Shown one piece after another: positions 13,306 through 26,307 of a DNA stretch of 64,000 nucleotides. Positions within the stretch are counted from its first letter, which is position 1, and each line of letters opens with the position of its first letter. Origin of the DNA: Trichosphaerium sp. ATCC 40318 (Eukaryota > Protista > Tubulinea); NCBI GenBank assembly GCA_038496445.1, contig JALMLS010000097.1, forward strand, positions 1 through 64,000, written 5' to 3'. The notes under the pieces are model-generated. The model saw only the letters and a program-made list of their open reading frames with translations, searched no databases and had not been told where the DNA came from. The position numbers and the translations under genes are program-made.

Positions 13306-13714
13306 TTAGCAGCTTCCACATGCAGCTTCACTCCAGCAACACCATTTGTCACTTCTGATGCGAAAGCATAATGGAGATCCAGGATAGCAGTATGCAGTTG
13401 AACCTAATAAAGGTAAGTACTAAGAAGTCTGTTACCGTTCTTTTGATCTTCACGTACATTGACCATTCTTTTCACGACCACGTTTACGCCATCCAGGAGG
13501 ACACCATCCATTTGTATCACATGTTTCGCCACACAATAATGGTCCTTGCTAAATGGGGCGTTAGTTAACATACAATGTAAAGTAGCAATAGACATACCTC
13601 AGTTGATCTCTTTTCGTGCATATCTGGCATTTCTTCAGAGTCTTTAGATTGGGTCGTCAAGGCAATTGGTATCAATGCCAAAGTCACCAATACAAATAAT
13701 ATTGTTGTGTTCAT
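13306..13714 (-). CDS. Secreted 10-Cys prepropeptide, copy B
   Basis: Near-identical inverted copy of A with the same introns. Confidence 0.85.
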
Positions 13715-14073
13715 TTGTTGTTTGTTTGAAGATGAGGTTTGTTGTTGGTTGAGGTTTAATAATTTGGTTTTGTTTGAATGCACTTAGACATCGATTTTAA
13801 GTACTTCTTATTCACTGAACTAAAGTATCATAAACTGTTTGCTGTTTTATCTCATTTCTTTTTCGCTAAATCCAACACTTGCTATCCTTGATCTTAAGTC
13901 ATCAATATACTGAACCAAACAACAGTATTCTGTCTGGTTTTTGCAAAGTAGACTTACGATCGTAAAACAACTATATTTTACCATAACATTTCACATGAAA
14001 TGGAGACTTAAATCATCTCAACCTTCCAGTCATAAATAAAAACCTTAACAAGAACAACTACCCTCGTAGAACA

Positions 14074-14467
14074 ATGCAAACAACAATACTTTTCGCTTTT
14101 GTACTTATGGCATTGACTGTTGCCTTGGCGATCCAATCTAGCGAGCTCAGTGAAAGAGCTAAACGAGCAACTGAAGTAAGTCAAGTCTTCTTCTTACATT
14201 TCCATCGTATTCTAACATACGATTTAGCAAGGACCATTATTGTGTGGTGAAACATGTGATACAAATGGATGGTGTCCTCCTGGATGGCGTAAACGTGGTC
14301 GTGAAAAGAATGGCCAATGTACGTGAAGATCAAAATGTGCTGTTCAGTATCTCACGTTTATTTTATTAGGTTCAACTGCATACTGCTATCCTGGATCTCC
14401 ATTATGCTTTCGTATCAGAAGTGACAAATGGTGTTGCTGGAACGAAGCTGCATGTGGAAGCTGTTAA
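14074..14467 (+). CDS. Secreted 10-Cys prepropeptide, copy C
   Basis: Different leader MQTTILFAFVLMALTVALAIQSSELSERAKRATE; mature domain almost identical to A and B. Confidence 0.85.
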
Positions 14468-14727
14468 GATAGCAAAGCCATACTTGTTGTACCATATATC
14501 ATTGTAAGGAATCAATAAACGTGCAGCAAGTAGAATCAGACTACAGTATACCATCAGTTTCCCAATACCTCTCCTATCCTTTAATATTCTGAAATATGAG
14601 AATTAAAGTGTTAGATACCTTCCAGTGGAGCTACACCTTGATATCACGGACAGTGAAGTGTACTACAAATGGCATAGATATCATAAACGACAGCAATGCA
14701 ACCATAGATGCTTAAACATCTTTCTTT

Positions 14728-16913
14728 TTATTTAACATTCTTCTTTCTTGGTTCAACCTCCAAAGATACTCTGTATTGTTCGTTTTCAGTCATTGTAGTT
14801 CTCCATCCGTTTATGAATGATCTTAACCAAGCCACTGATTTAAAGTTATAGCATGGTTTTAATATTTTGTTAAAGTTGCCAACAACCTCTAACAGCATTT
14901 TGTATTTTCTCATATTGTATCGTGGAAATGGCGGAGGTGCACAACCACCTGATTGCATAAATACTATATCTTGTAGATATAATCCAATATAAGGAACTTG
15001 TGGTTGGTTACGCACAATACGCTTTCTGTTAAAAGAATGAGAAGAGGCTTTTGGCATAAAAATAATAAAACAACAAGGTTGTAAAACGTGTTATTTCAAC
15101 GTACAAATAAAACTCTCGAATGTTCCTGTAGCTTTTATTTCTACTCAATAATGTAAGTAAACTTTCATATGACTTCATCGTTGATTTTGAAATCTACGGG
15201 CTCATGATTAAGAAAAAAGAGAGAAAAAAAAAGAGGATCATAATTGTTGAGCTTTACCTTGCTGAATGTAACTTTGAGCCTTTGTACAGGGGCAGTATTT
15301 AGCCCACTAATTATAGCCATAGCATCATGTGTATTATTAATATCAACAAGATGTTGAGACAACTTAATAAAATACTTGATTCTGTTTGCACGGATGCCAG
15401 CAGTCTTTCCCTTCAACACTTGTTCAGTTACATATCCAGCCACCTAAAAAATATTGTAAGTCTAGCAATGTTTTTAATTGTATTACAATGTTGAAATGAG
15501 CGATTGCTTTTATTGAATTACTTATATGTTGGCCGAAGATATAATAAATAAGCAAACATCTCCTCATCCTAAAAAGAGGTAAATGAGCATGTAAAGTCTA
15601 CTGTCTAAAGCACTCCATACAATTCATGTGTCTTTAGTGTCATCTCTATTGCAAGTTCTCTTTGTGGTATATCCCACAATACATCTGTTTTCTTGATACA
15701 TTTCTTTGGTATCAACAGATTAGATGCCGATGGCTCAGTGTAACAGAATCCTCGGAAACAGAACTCTGATTTTGTTTTCTACAAAAACATATCTGTAAGC
15801 ACACGTGATTTTACCTGTTTGTTTTACATTGGTTTGAAGCATCACTTGTATTCTATCTGAGAACGCTTTTGATAGTAGTTTGTAGTGATCTGGTGATAAC
15901 ACTTTAAGAGAAGCTTCAAATTGTAAAGAGAAAGTATTCGATGAAGTTGCAATATCATCACAAAGTGGCATGTGTGATAAAACATAACCCAAAAACTGGA
16001 TTATCCTTGTTTTATTTTGATTAGTTACACCAAATGTGTTATGAAGGCAAAGGAGGAAAGGGTGAAGGTGTGTACCTATGAGCATCAACACTTTTTGGAT
16101 ACGCTTTGTATATTGACATGAGTTTAGGAATAATATGAGAAACAAAGTCATGTTTGTAACAAAGATGGCCTGCTATGAGCGCAACTAGCTCACCTAAGTT
16201 GAGTACAAATTAAATATTTATAACATGATTATAAAGATATAATCAATGGTGGACTTACTTGACAAATCATAGTTTATCGTTTTGAAGCATAAGTTGTCAA
16301 CAATTTCAGAATGAACAAACTTTGTGTTGTGACAAATCAGTTTGACAAATCCATCAACTGTACACACGTGTATAGATTCTATGCTGAAAGGACAACCATA
16401 GCTTGGTTTCTCAGTTTGTTCCAACTCTTTGCATAGCCTGATGTCCTTGTGTATAAACTACAAGCAAAACTTAAGAAAAAATTTACCTTTGTTCATCCGT
16501 GATACAGACGAAATGATATGTTTACACGTGACATAGTTGTTAACGTACGGTGTCAATTTGAGGATATTTATATAGTAACTCTCTGGTAGGCTTGACAAGT
16601 ATGCGTCCAAGCGCAACCCATGTACCACGACACAGTTCAAGCATTTTAGATGCTTGGTAGACGTTATTATTCCATAAATAATTTGTAGTCTTACCATCTT
16701 CATATTTGACGCCGTTTTCCGCTAACAGCGGTTTAATCCATGTTGTAGGTAACGCAAAAACAGCACACCAATTTTTTGAAACCTAAATACCGTTAGTCAC
16801 GTGCGCGTGGTGACTGTACATACTGTAGAGCAGTTGTGACATAGTTGTTGAGGAGAAAGGTTCATAAATATGTATTGGAGTATCTCATTGGGTAGAGCAT
16901 CTACTGAAGTCAT
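14728..16913 (-). CDS. F-box + RasGEF domain protein, copy 2
   Basis: MTSVDALPNEILQYIFMNLSPQQLCHNCST|VSKNWCAVFALPTTW; NNTHDAMAIISGLNTAPVQRLK; VPYIGLYLQDI. Confidence 0.8.
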
Positions 16914-17122
16914 AACACAATGATCAAAAACAAAGCAAAGATGTGATGGGGTTTAAACCTTCAGTTGAAAGTTTTTAAGCATACAATTCAATGAAAACAT
17001 GTCACTAACTTTTTTGTTCCCTGATACCCTGAATACAATGAGAATTTGTTTGAGCGTCCATTGGATACCATTCATTGTTTTTAAGAAAATAGAAGAAAAT
17101 TTTTCTTATTGTTCACATGTTG

Positions 17123-18436
17123 TCACATTACAGTACATTTCTTATCGGATTTGTTTCCTATTGTTTGTTTTCCATCATAATCATCGTAATGGCTGAACAA
17201 CCACCCAGCTGCTGATAACTCATTAAGTACTATTTGAAATATAAGTTAACCCCAATAATTAGCCACATAAAGGAGAAAACATACATTCTTCTGCCCCGTC
17301 ACCTGTTTTTGCACTCACTTCAACATAACTATGAGCCTAAATATCACAGTGAGTACATAGGTGTAGGTTTAGAATAATAACAGAAACGTGTCAGCGTACA
17401 CCAATTTGTTTTGCTAAACTTATTCCTTCTTCTCTTGTGGTAGGTTTTTCTGTGTATTTATGGTCTTTATCCGTTGAATACAACTCCCTCAAATCAAGCT
17501 TTGTACCAACTAATATCACTGGTACATCTGGGCAATTACGTCTCTGCTCTGGATCCCACTTTATAAAACAAAACAGATTAAGATTGTGGAACATCATAAA
17601 AACAACGCTGAAGGCAGTGACTACTGTTAGATATAAATTTAGATATAACCTACCCTAGACAACACGTTTTTATAACTTGCTTTGTTTACAAGACTGAACA
17701 AGGTTATAAATACACTCTACAGAAATGTATTGAATAAGTAATTTAAATGAAAAAAAATTTCAAAACAGTTTCTTGGTTGCATACTGCTTTAGGATAGCTT
17801 AAAGCTCGATATCTGCCATATTCCTCAGAACCAGCGGTATCCCATATCCCTAAACATAAGATTATCAATCGGTTGGTCTACAAGAACATAAAATAGTAAC
17901 AAACCTATTTCTACCTTGTGTCCAAAATGCGTATTGACATGCATCCTAAAGAAATTTAGAACTACGACCAATTAGTACCTCATCAAATACATAACAAAGA
18001 ATAACATCACTATTAACACAGCGACAAAAATCACCTTGTTGTCAATTCACACGTGATGAATAAAAATAATTGACTGATGCAACGTGATGAATGAACAAAA
18101 AAACATTAAAAAAAAACGAAGTCTGAACGTACGTTCGTGCGTCGTTTTCGAAAACCGTTGGAACATAACCTTCCGGAAACCTCTCTGGTATTGTTTAAAC
18201 GCGCGAAAAAATACTTTTTACGCACTTTCAGCAAGTCTGGTGCTTAAACAAGTTTTACCTGTACCAATTTAGTTTTTACATTGTAAAACGCTTTCTCATG
18301 GCATATATACGATAGATACAGCTAATAAATGAGTAATTACTTAAATAATCGTTTGTACCAACAGAACCATCTCCAATTACTACCAATTTAACGTGAGGGA
18401 GTTCGCAGTTGTCGCTTTTAATGCCTGATTTCATCT
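17123..18436 (-). CDS. Atypical Rac/Rho-family GTPase, copy 1
   Basis: [12 protein letters not shown]|[38 protein letters not shown]-terminal CAAX (KKCTVM*). Confidence 0.85.
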
Positions 18437-18979
18437 AAAGCAAAACAATGCACTTAACTGACTTAAGTTGGTTTCTCCCAAATGGTAACGTATTATTCTT
18501 CATCGGGTTGTGGTTATGAGATAGGACATAATTTTGGTTGTAACCACGATAAAACTTCAATAATAGGTATCCTACATAACTGTAACAGAGCAGATGGAAG
18601 TGACGCAATACAAGTTAAATTTGTTCTGAAACCTATCAAAAGTAGCCTCCAAAACCCAGTGATCAGGATTGAATCAATTGTCTTTTGAATTTTTTCACTC
18701 CAGGCTAATGGATTCGCAATGCTGGAATATACACCTACGTGTCAACATTGTGGCAAAACGTGCGGTGAAACATTGCGGGTGAAGATGGCGCATGTGTAGC
18801 TAAGCTCAGTCCTGCACGACCTTGATTGTAGCTACTGCCCATTTTACTCGATAGATGTATTGCACATTGTTCCAGAAGATTATTGGAAGGAAACCCTGTC
18901 TTTGTTGTTACCAACTAACCTGATTTTTTGTTTCATATCAACCTGATACTGTTGTATGTATCACATGAATCAACTCTTG

Positions 18980-20355
18980 TATGAACATTGCAGTTTTTTA
19001 TTCAAAAAGCACACATACACAAACACAGCATCAAGAGTACAAATGTAATACGTATTTTCAGATATCCACTCTGGCTTTTTTGTGAACATGTAGATTCTTT
19101 GAAGGCCACAAGTGATTGTATCTCTATAAAATAGTTAGTCAGGAAATCATACCAATACTGTCATCAGTACCTTGACGCAGATTCAGTGTACATCCTTCAG
19201 ATGTACGAACATGTGCTGTCGATAGGTCAACAGTACAGTGTCTTCCTACTGTTGCTATTTCTACTATTTCTGCACCAACAAGTCCATCAATCACAATGTT
19301 GCCATCAAGAAACGCACACCCTTTGATATCAAGAGTAGCGCCTGCAGCAAACTTAAGTGTTGCATTTGTATTCACCACTAAATGTCCTATTTACAGCTTT
19401 AGTATTAAAACAAACCAACTACATACCATCAATGACTTCTCCTCTCTCGATAATTTCAAGAGTATCAGTGACCACGACTTCTGTTCCATTCTCTGTAGCG
19501 ACAGTGAGAATCTTTTCAGAAAAATAACAAAAGTCGTACCACACAAGCTATTGTTGAAGGCGTACATTATTGCAGCTTTTATTAAATCTCCCCCTGTCTC
19601 TGTAATATTAGCATTATCGCCCACAAATAAACCAATCCGGACAGCAGGTGATATTGATCCGCCCATTAGTATTGCACCCTTTTATAAACATTAAAACAGA
19701 ATTTTATTGGAACTTACTTTCTCGTAGACAAAGATTGATGCTGTAGTATTAGATCTTGCTACTATTGTTGCTCCTTTTCCAACCTTCGTTGCATAAACCA
19801 AACAGTCACTACAGGATGAAACAACGTCGATTTGTCCGGTGTGGCCTGCAGCCAAAGGATGTGATGGTGTGCTAATATTAAGCGTTTTTCCCGCTTTCTG
19901 CAAGCCTACTCCCATGTGGAAGCCTCTGAAAGCCTTCTCTTCATATACTATTATAGGAACGTTTGCGTTTACAAGTCTTTGGGCATTCTCAGTAAACGCA
20001 GATTGAGAGACAATCTAAACACTGTGAGACCAAAACGCACTGTTCATAACTAGCAGTACGAGGAACATACCATCACGGCGTAATTAGATGCCTCTTTTAG
20101 TGATACTGTAAGCGTACACCTAAATTCTATATCTAACCCAGCTTCTATTGCGTATTGGTGTATAGCGATATCGCCCACGCCATCAGTACTGCAGTTATTG
20201 TTGTCGGCCTATATTTTAATTAATTTTGGAACAAAACTGTGTCCACGTGCCAAAAAGAGTACTGTATTACATTTAGTAGTATCAATAGGCCTGATAGTTG
20301 TTTGCGCAAGTGATATACTAATACAAAAAGAAAACGATAGGTAAAGCCAAAACAT
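18980..20355 (-). CDS. Secreted or membrane protein of unknown function with a membrane-proximal GC-x-LDG domain
   Basis: Signal peptide MFWLYLSFSFCISISLAQ; exons include TLKFAAGATLDIKGCAFLDGNIVID; hydrophobic C-terminus. Model approximate. Confidence 0.55.
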
Positions 20356-20797
20356 CACGTGACTTGCTCTTTGTTGAGCTTTTAATCAATTTATATAGCC
20401 TTCAAAATTAATACGTGTTTTTTATTCTACGAGTTTCTATGGTACACAAAACGTAGTGCGTGGCTACAAAACAACTAATACCTTACAACCCTTACTGGGT
20501 ACTGAAAAATGTTTATTAACTACCGAAGTAGTTTCACAGTTCATATGTATGAATCTAATGATCTTCGTTTTGAACGAATAATATTAACATTGTCTCATTC
20601 AGTTTTGACTTGAAACAAAAAAATCCAGTTTCTGAATGATCTGTCAGATCTGACGGATTTGACACTTCTGACAGAACGTGAGATAAAAAAATGTGACGCC
20701 CTCGCGTTGTCAAGCGTAAAATTTCGAATCCAACCGTTTCAAACCACGTGATAATTTTTTATTTACATACTTGATCCCGGTGGTTTACAAAGCCTAC

Positions 20798-20921
20798 AGC
20801 AACGCTGGTAGTGCTGTGGGAGGCTTTCACATTAATATACCTGCTTTGATCTTTGAATGCTGCGAGACTTCTACTAGAGTGGGGTAGGCGCTAGCGTAAG
20901 CGCTAGAAGTTATACACGTAC
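20798..20921 (+). ncRNA. Candidate H/ACA-like two-hairpin RNA
   Basis: Hairpin aaagcctacagca...tgctgtgggaggcttt followed by ACATTA (ANANNA); second hairpin acttcta...tagaagt followed by ACA. Confidence 0.35.
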
Positions 20922-21696
20922 GTTGATTTATTAGAAGCAATAGAAACGGCAAACTGCGTTTGAGGCATTCTTACTGTGTTTGGCGGTAATCCGAAAGCTT
21001 TGTAGACTATTGAACCTATTGATTCGCTTTTAGCTCAATATCTACTGGTGTCGTTTTAACGTACCATGTGCAGTGCCTAGGTAAATACTGCGATCATATT
21101 GCTAAGGTCTTTGAAACTGACATCGGACATTTGTTTGTCCCTTAAAGGTACTATGAGACAGTTGACGCAAATAGTTCACATTGTGATAGACCTACACCAC
21201 TTGCCAGAAGTGTCACATCTTGCTAGATCTGCTACAGTGCTAGAAACTCACTTTCCAGAAACTCTAGTAAAACTTGAAGTAGACGGACAAAACAAAAGTA
21301 CAAGAGAACTTTCGTTTTCTTTTTTTTTTCAAAACCCCTTTCGTAAACAACGTACTACTGTCGTTTAATGAAGTTTTGCGCAATGGAAAACGTGAACAAA
21401 TACACAGGGTAATTCACACCCGTAAAGTTAAAAAACAGTTTTGTGTCTTACGTATATCACGTGGTAGAGAAATAGGCATTGATATAAAAACGAAACGTTT
21501 CTCTTTTTCTCGCTAGTTTTTTTCGCTAGTAGGCGTATTCTGCTGTATAATCACTCACGTTGTTTACTCTCACTAGTGCGTAATATATTTACCAACTAGC
21601 GCTAAATACAAACTCGCTTTATTCTGTAAAAATCGCGAAATAAATAATCAAAATTCGCAACAACAAGTTTCGATAGCAACAACTCTTGGAACAACA

Positions 21697-24490
21697 ATGA
21701 ACATTTTAGTTATACTACTGCTCATATGCTGCCCTTTGGGTTACATGGCTGGCACAACGACGTATAATTTTGACTCTTCTAAAACACACGAAAATCCATT
21801 ACGTGGGTTCGTTCCTTACAGACCTGGAACTGATAAGTTCCCTTACAGTAAGCCTGTCAAAATTATCGCTAAATACTTACTCAGTATCTTAGGCATGGAG
21901 AACTTTTACGTCAAGATGAATGATCTAAATGATGGCTTAAACAGGTAAACAAACTAGCAGTATACTCGACTTCTAAATACTAATATGGTTGCCTCTCAGT
22001 TACACATTCGACACAGGGTTGGAGCCTTTACTAAATGATGGTACGAATGTGTATTGAACAGAGAACACAAATGTTGTGAATCTTCTTTTTTTTTTGTTAA
22101 TCTTTTTATCTCAGTGGCTAGCCGTGGACATCATGCAATCTTTCGAGTCTTTGTAGATTATCCAGGACAAACAACATCCCCAAGTGACGCTATACCCTCG
22201 TATTTGTTGCCTGGAATGAATTTATGCTACTATTCGAGGGTTGGTGGAGGTAAGACACTTGTTGCTGTTTGAGCAAAAAATAAGCTGTTTCTTCTTTGTT
22301 TTTTATATCGCTAATGGGAGAAGGTGTCGCTCCTGATTATGAAAACGCTAAATTTCAAACTGCTGTTGTAAACCTTATAAAGGAAATGGGTCGAAGATAC
22401 GATGGTGATAGCCGGATAGGTATGCAAAAACTCTGACTTTCCGGGTTTTTTCTTGATTTCCAAAACAACTAATCTGTTTTCAAGGTGTAATTCAGCTCGG
22501 TTTTTACGGACACTGGTACTTAACTATACAATGATTAACATCCTTCTAACTCTCTATTTCAGGGGAGGTACATGGTTGAGAATAAAAAAGTGACCATAAA
22601 CGATCAATTTCTTTAATCCTTGTTCTAGAGTGGCATAATGGAGGCTGCCAAGCTGCAAGCAATAACTTTCTTAACAAAATCCTCAAGGCATTTGATGAGT
22701 AAGTTGACAGTATCTCCTTCCCTTCTTTAATCTATACCATAGCTCTTTTAAGATAACATCTATTCAAGCGAGATATCCAAATAAGCTTGGTACTTACACA
22801 CCTTCACAACTTCGCATTGGATTTAACGATGACTCATTTGTACATACTAAGATGATCATTATTATTTGTTGTTAACTTGCTGTCTAGGCGCAAAGCACTT
22901 TAACCCCGAACTGGGGCTTTTTGGCCCAGATAACCGATTTTAACGCTGATAACAATTGGAAAACGGCTCCTATTGGTGGAGAGCTTCGTCCTGAACTTCA
23001 ACGTTGTATTATGGAACCAAGTACAAAAAAAAGCATGCTGAAACAGAGTTATACTGACCATACTAGATCCTATATCTGCTTGTTCTGGTGAGGATGTTGA
23101 TCCTCAAGATTTCGACGATTGTGTTGATGCTGTTCGTCCTTCTTGGCTATGGTACTTACTTCTTCATTATTCACTTGTACAAACCGTTGGCTAAACAATA
23201 ACTATAGGAATAACGCTGCTTTCAGCAATGGTGGGTATCCTTCGAGTGATAAAACAAGAGCACTTGCTGTACGAGAAACACGTGACATTATACATTGTAT
23301 TAATTTACCATCAAGGCTGCCTTAAAACTGGGATATATGTTCTACATTCAATCAGTTACAACTTCCATAAGCGGTAGCCAGCTAACAGTTACTGTAAAGA
23401 TGTTTAATAGGGTACATTGAACTCATTTAACATCTCTAATTCATCGTAAAGGGTAATGCTCCTTTTTACTACCCATTAAGATTGACAATGGACTATGGTA
23501 GTTCCACAGTAAACTTCCCTGGCACGCTCATTTTAAAATTCTGTTTTGGTTGCTCATACTGACTTTTCATTTAGGAAATGCTCATAATATACTACCTTCG
23601 AACTCTAAGACATTTAAAGTAACAGTCCCTGTACAATCGAATACAGACACACTTGATTTGAGATTATCAGGAAACATTCTATTGAAGCCAATCGTGTTTG
23701 CCTCACAGGTACTGCAAGCACTTTCCTTTCTCGTTAACAACTGTAACAAAGGGTGCTAACACAAATGGAAAATTGACAGTGTCAGTAAGCGGTAAGCACC
23801 TCCTAAAGCTCCAATCTTATTTCATCTATTTCTTTGTATTCAAACCAGCTCCGTTTTGTAACTGTTGTATTTAGGTGGTGGATCTTCAAGCAACATTTTT
23901 ACTCTCCAAAAAGGGAACTCACTATCTTATGCTCTTGATGGTAAAAGTGGTGGCTCTTACGGTCAAAACGTACGCTTTTCTACTCACATAGTTGCCATGA
24001 CTGATAAGACTTTAGGTTGTTCTTAACACTCATGACATAAACAATGTAAACCAGCAATGGGTTGAGATTTCTCGAGGAGATGGATACTACTCTTACCAAA
24101 AGAGAAACACTCAATTCTGCCTTGATGGTAGTTCAGGAGGTACAAATGGACAAAACGTAAAACTATGGATTTGCGGAGCAAACAATCACAACCAACATTG
24201 GAACAAAGGCACGTGTCAAAAACATAACTTTAACAAAACGTCATTTAAACAAAAAGTCTTTCAATCACTTTCTTATTGCGACTAGTCTCTGTCGGAGGTA
24301 GTAAGTACAGGCTAGAAAAGAGAAACGCACCAGCTTATTCTATTGATGGTAACAATGGTGGAGGTAATAATCTATTTGTTTTGTAATTAGGTGTTGATGT
24401 TTTGTTGCAGGCAACAATCAAAATGTTTACATGTGGCAATCAGGCAATAATAACGGAAACCAGCAATGGAAATTCAACAGTGTTAACTAA
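21697..24490 (+). CDS. Secreted glycoside-hydrolase-like (DUF4832-type) protein with C-terminal ricin B lectin domain
   Basis: Signal peptide; NPLRGF, IFRVFVDYPG, LGFYGHW|GE|WH, IGFNDDSF, PIGGELRPE, NRGNAPFYY; three QxW repeats (NVNQQW, NHNQHW, NGNQQW). About 19 introns. Confidence 0.75.
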
Positions 24491-25412
24491 ATAGATCTAA
24501 ATAAAATATGAGTTAGCGGAAGCCTTTGGCTATTATCTTTATTCGTTCCTTTGTAACTATCCTTCAGTATTCGATTGAAAAACCTCCCTCCTACCGCTTA
24601 TTCACGCAAACCTTGTATTCTTACAAGCTCTCCAGAATTGGCATCTATGTTTTGTGATTTGTCCTTCCAAGCATGAACGACAATTGCATGCAAATAGCCA
24701 TAAATCTTTTTGTACTTTTATTGCAGTTGTGGGCATACAAGCCAATACTATAACTACATTGCATGTTTGTAGGCAACACCGCGCACATTCTGGTAGCTAT
24801 TACAACACATTGATAATGCTTCACAGCAAACAGATGGTCCGTAGTGGGTGTTTGTTGCAGCACGTGGACCATTAAAAAAAGAAAACCTGCTTTTTTGTAA
24901 ATTTTCGTGTATTGTAGTGTCACCTTGACTACAACATGTTATACTGCCACCTTACCAGAACAACAAGTTTCGTTGTTTGAAGCCAGAAAGGTTTGGAGTA
25001 TACGAGCCACATCATAAACAAGGTGTGGAGCAATTTACGTTTCTTCCTGTTGCGCTTGGACAGGTATATTGTTGCCACAAGCAATGTAGCATAGAAGGAT
25101 ATCACGAAGAGTACAAAAACTGTTTTGGAGAGGTTTCTACTTGTCACATGTCACAACGTTTGGCGACTAAGACAAGAAGGTATTGTCTTGCAAATATTAG
25201 GTTGCTATATAATGCTTGCTCATGGGTTTGAGAGCGCATGTATGTCAGGATACCATAGTTCCACAATAGAAATATGAAACAACGCAAATCTTCAATAGAT
25301 GAGCTGATTTGACGTCTGGTGTTTCTTATCAAACTATTTATTGTACAAGAAAACTTAAGTATGATGCAATGAACGTTGTTGAAAATAAAAGAACATTTGT
25401 TAAGGGAACCCC

Positions 25413-26307
25413 TTAAAGTCCTTTGAACAATTTCCAACTGAAAAAATCACGTTTTCCATTCGTATATGTACAATTATTACATAGCTTACCTCCAATATTC
25501 CAATACTTGTACCTTCCATTTAAGACTCCTTTTACATAAAAACATTCCTCACGTTTTATACCGGTCCACCAAAACCTTGTACACCGTCCATGCTTTTCAT
25601 CATTAACATAGTTGAACTGTTCATCCAAAGCTCCATTTTTTTCGTACCATTTCAGATAAACACCTTGCTTCTTACCTCCCTTATATACAACTTTTTCTCG
25701 TATCTTTGTATTTTCGAAATAGCTTGTATATGTACCTTCTAACATATCATCTACATAAGAACATTGTGAACGTAAAGTACCATTTTGCCGCCAGTTTTTA
25801 AAAATTCCTTCTTTTTTCCCATTTACATAAAATCCAGTCTCATACAATTGACCGTTCATATACCATTGCTTCCTCTCTCCTTGCATCTTACCCCTTACAT
25901 AGAAGGATAGGTCACGTAATTGAATCTTATAGCCTGTGTGCCACTGTTTGTATTCGCCATGTAGCTCTCCAACGATATAAAAACAATGACTCACCAAATC
26001 TGTGTATTCTCCGTCCATCTTACCATCTATAAATTGACATTGTTTAACAACACTTCCTTCTTCGATTCCTAACCATTTACCGTGTTTATTCAAGTCCTTA
26101 TTAAACCTTGACGTTATCGCTGCTTGTTTCGATAATAAAGGCCATAAAATAAATACATAAAGGTCAATTTCGACTATATACACGTGTAGCTCTACTGGAA
26201 GGCTTAAAAGTCGATTTTTCTTCTTGTTACTGTGTAGCTAGTGTTTGGTGAATAAAAAAACCGTTTAGAATTGTACACGTGTTTATTACCTCAATAGAAG
26301 CTGCCAT
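25413..26307 (-). CDS. MORN-variant (YwqK-like) repeat protein with F-box-like N-terminus
   Basis: Repeats such as GKMQGERKQWYMNGQLYETGFYVNGKKEG; N-terminus MAASIE|LHSNKKKNRLLSLPVELHVYIV; single 5' intron. Confidence 0.8.

Larger units (their letters stand above)
11673..13989. repeat. Inner inverted repeat, arms about 11673-12357 and 13306-13989
   Basis: Near-identical reverse-complement arms, including about 270 bp upstream of the ATG. Confidence 0.9.
4735..16950. repeat. Outer inverted duplication, arms about 4735-6960 and 14728-16950
   Basis: The F-box-RasGEF gene with its 5' flank occurs on both strands, e.g. gttttgcgttacctacaacatggattaaaccgctg and its reverse complement. Confidence 0.9.

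Noticed and set aside
24560-25400. Cys-rich coding remnants on the minus strand
   Set aside because: CC motifs and a splice donor are visible, but no coherent frame could be built.
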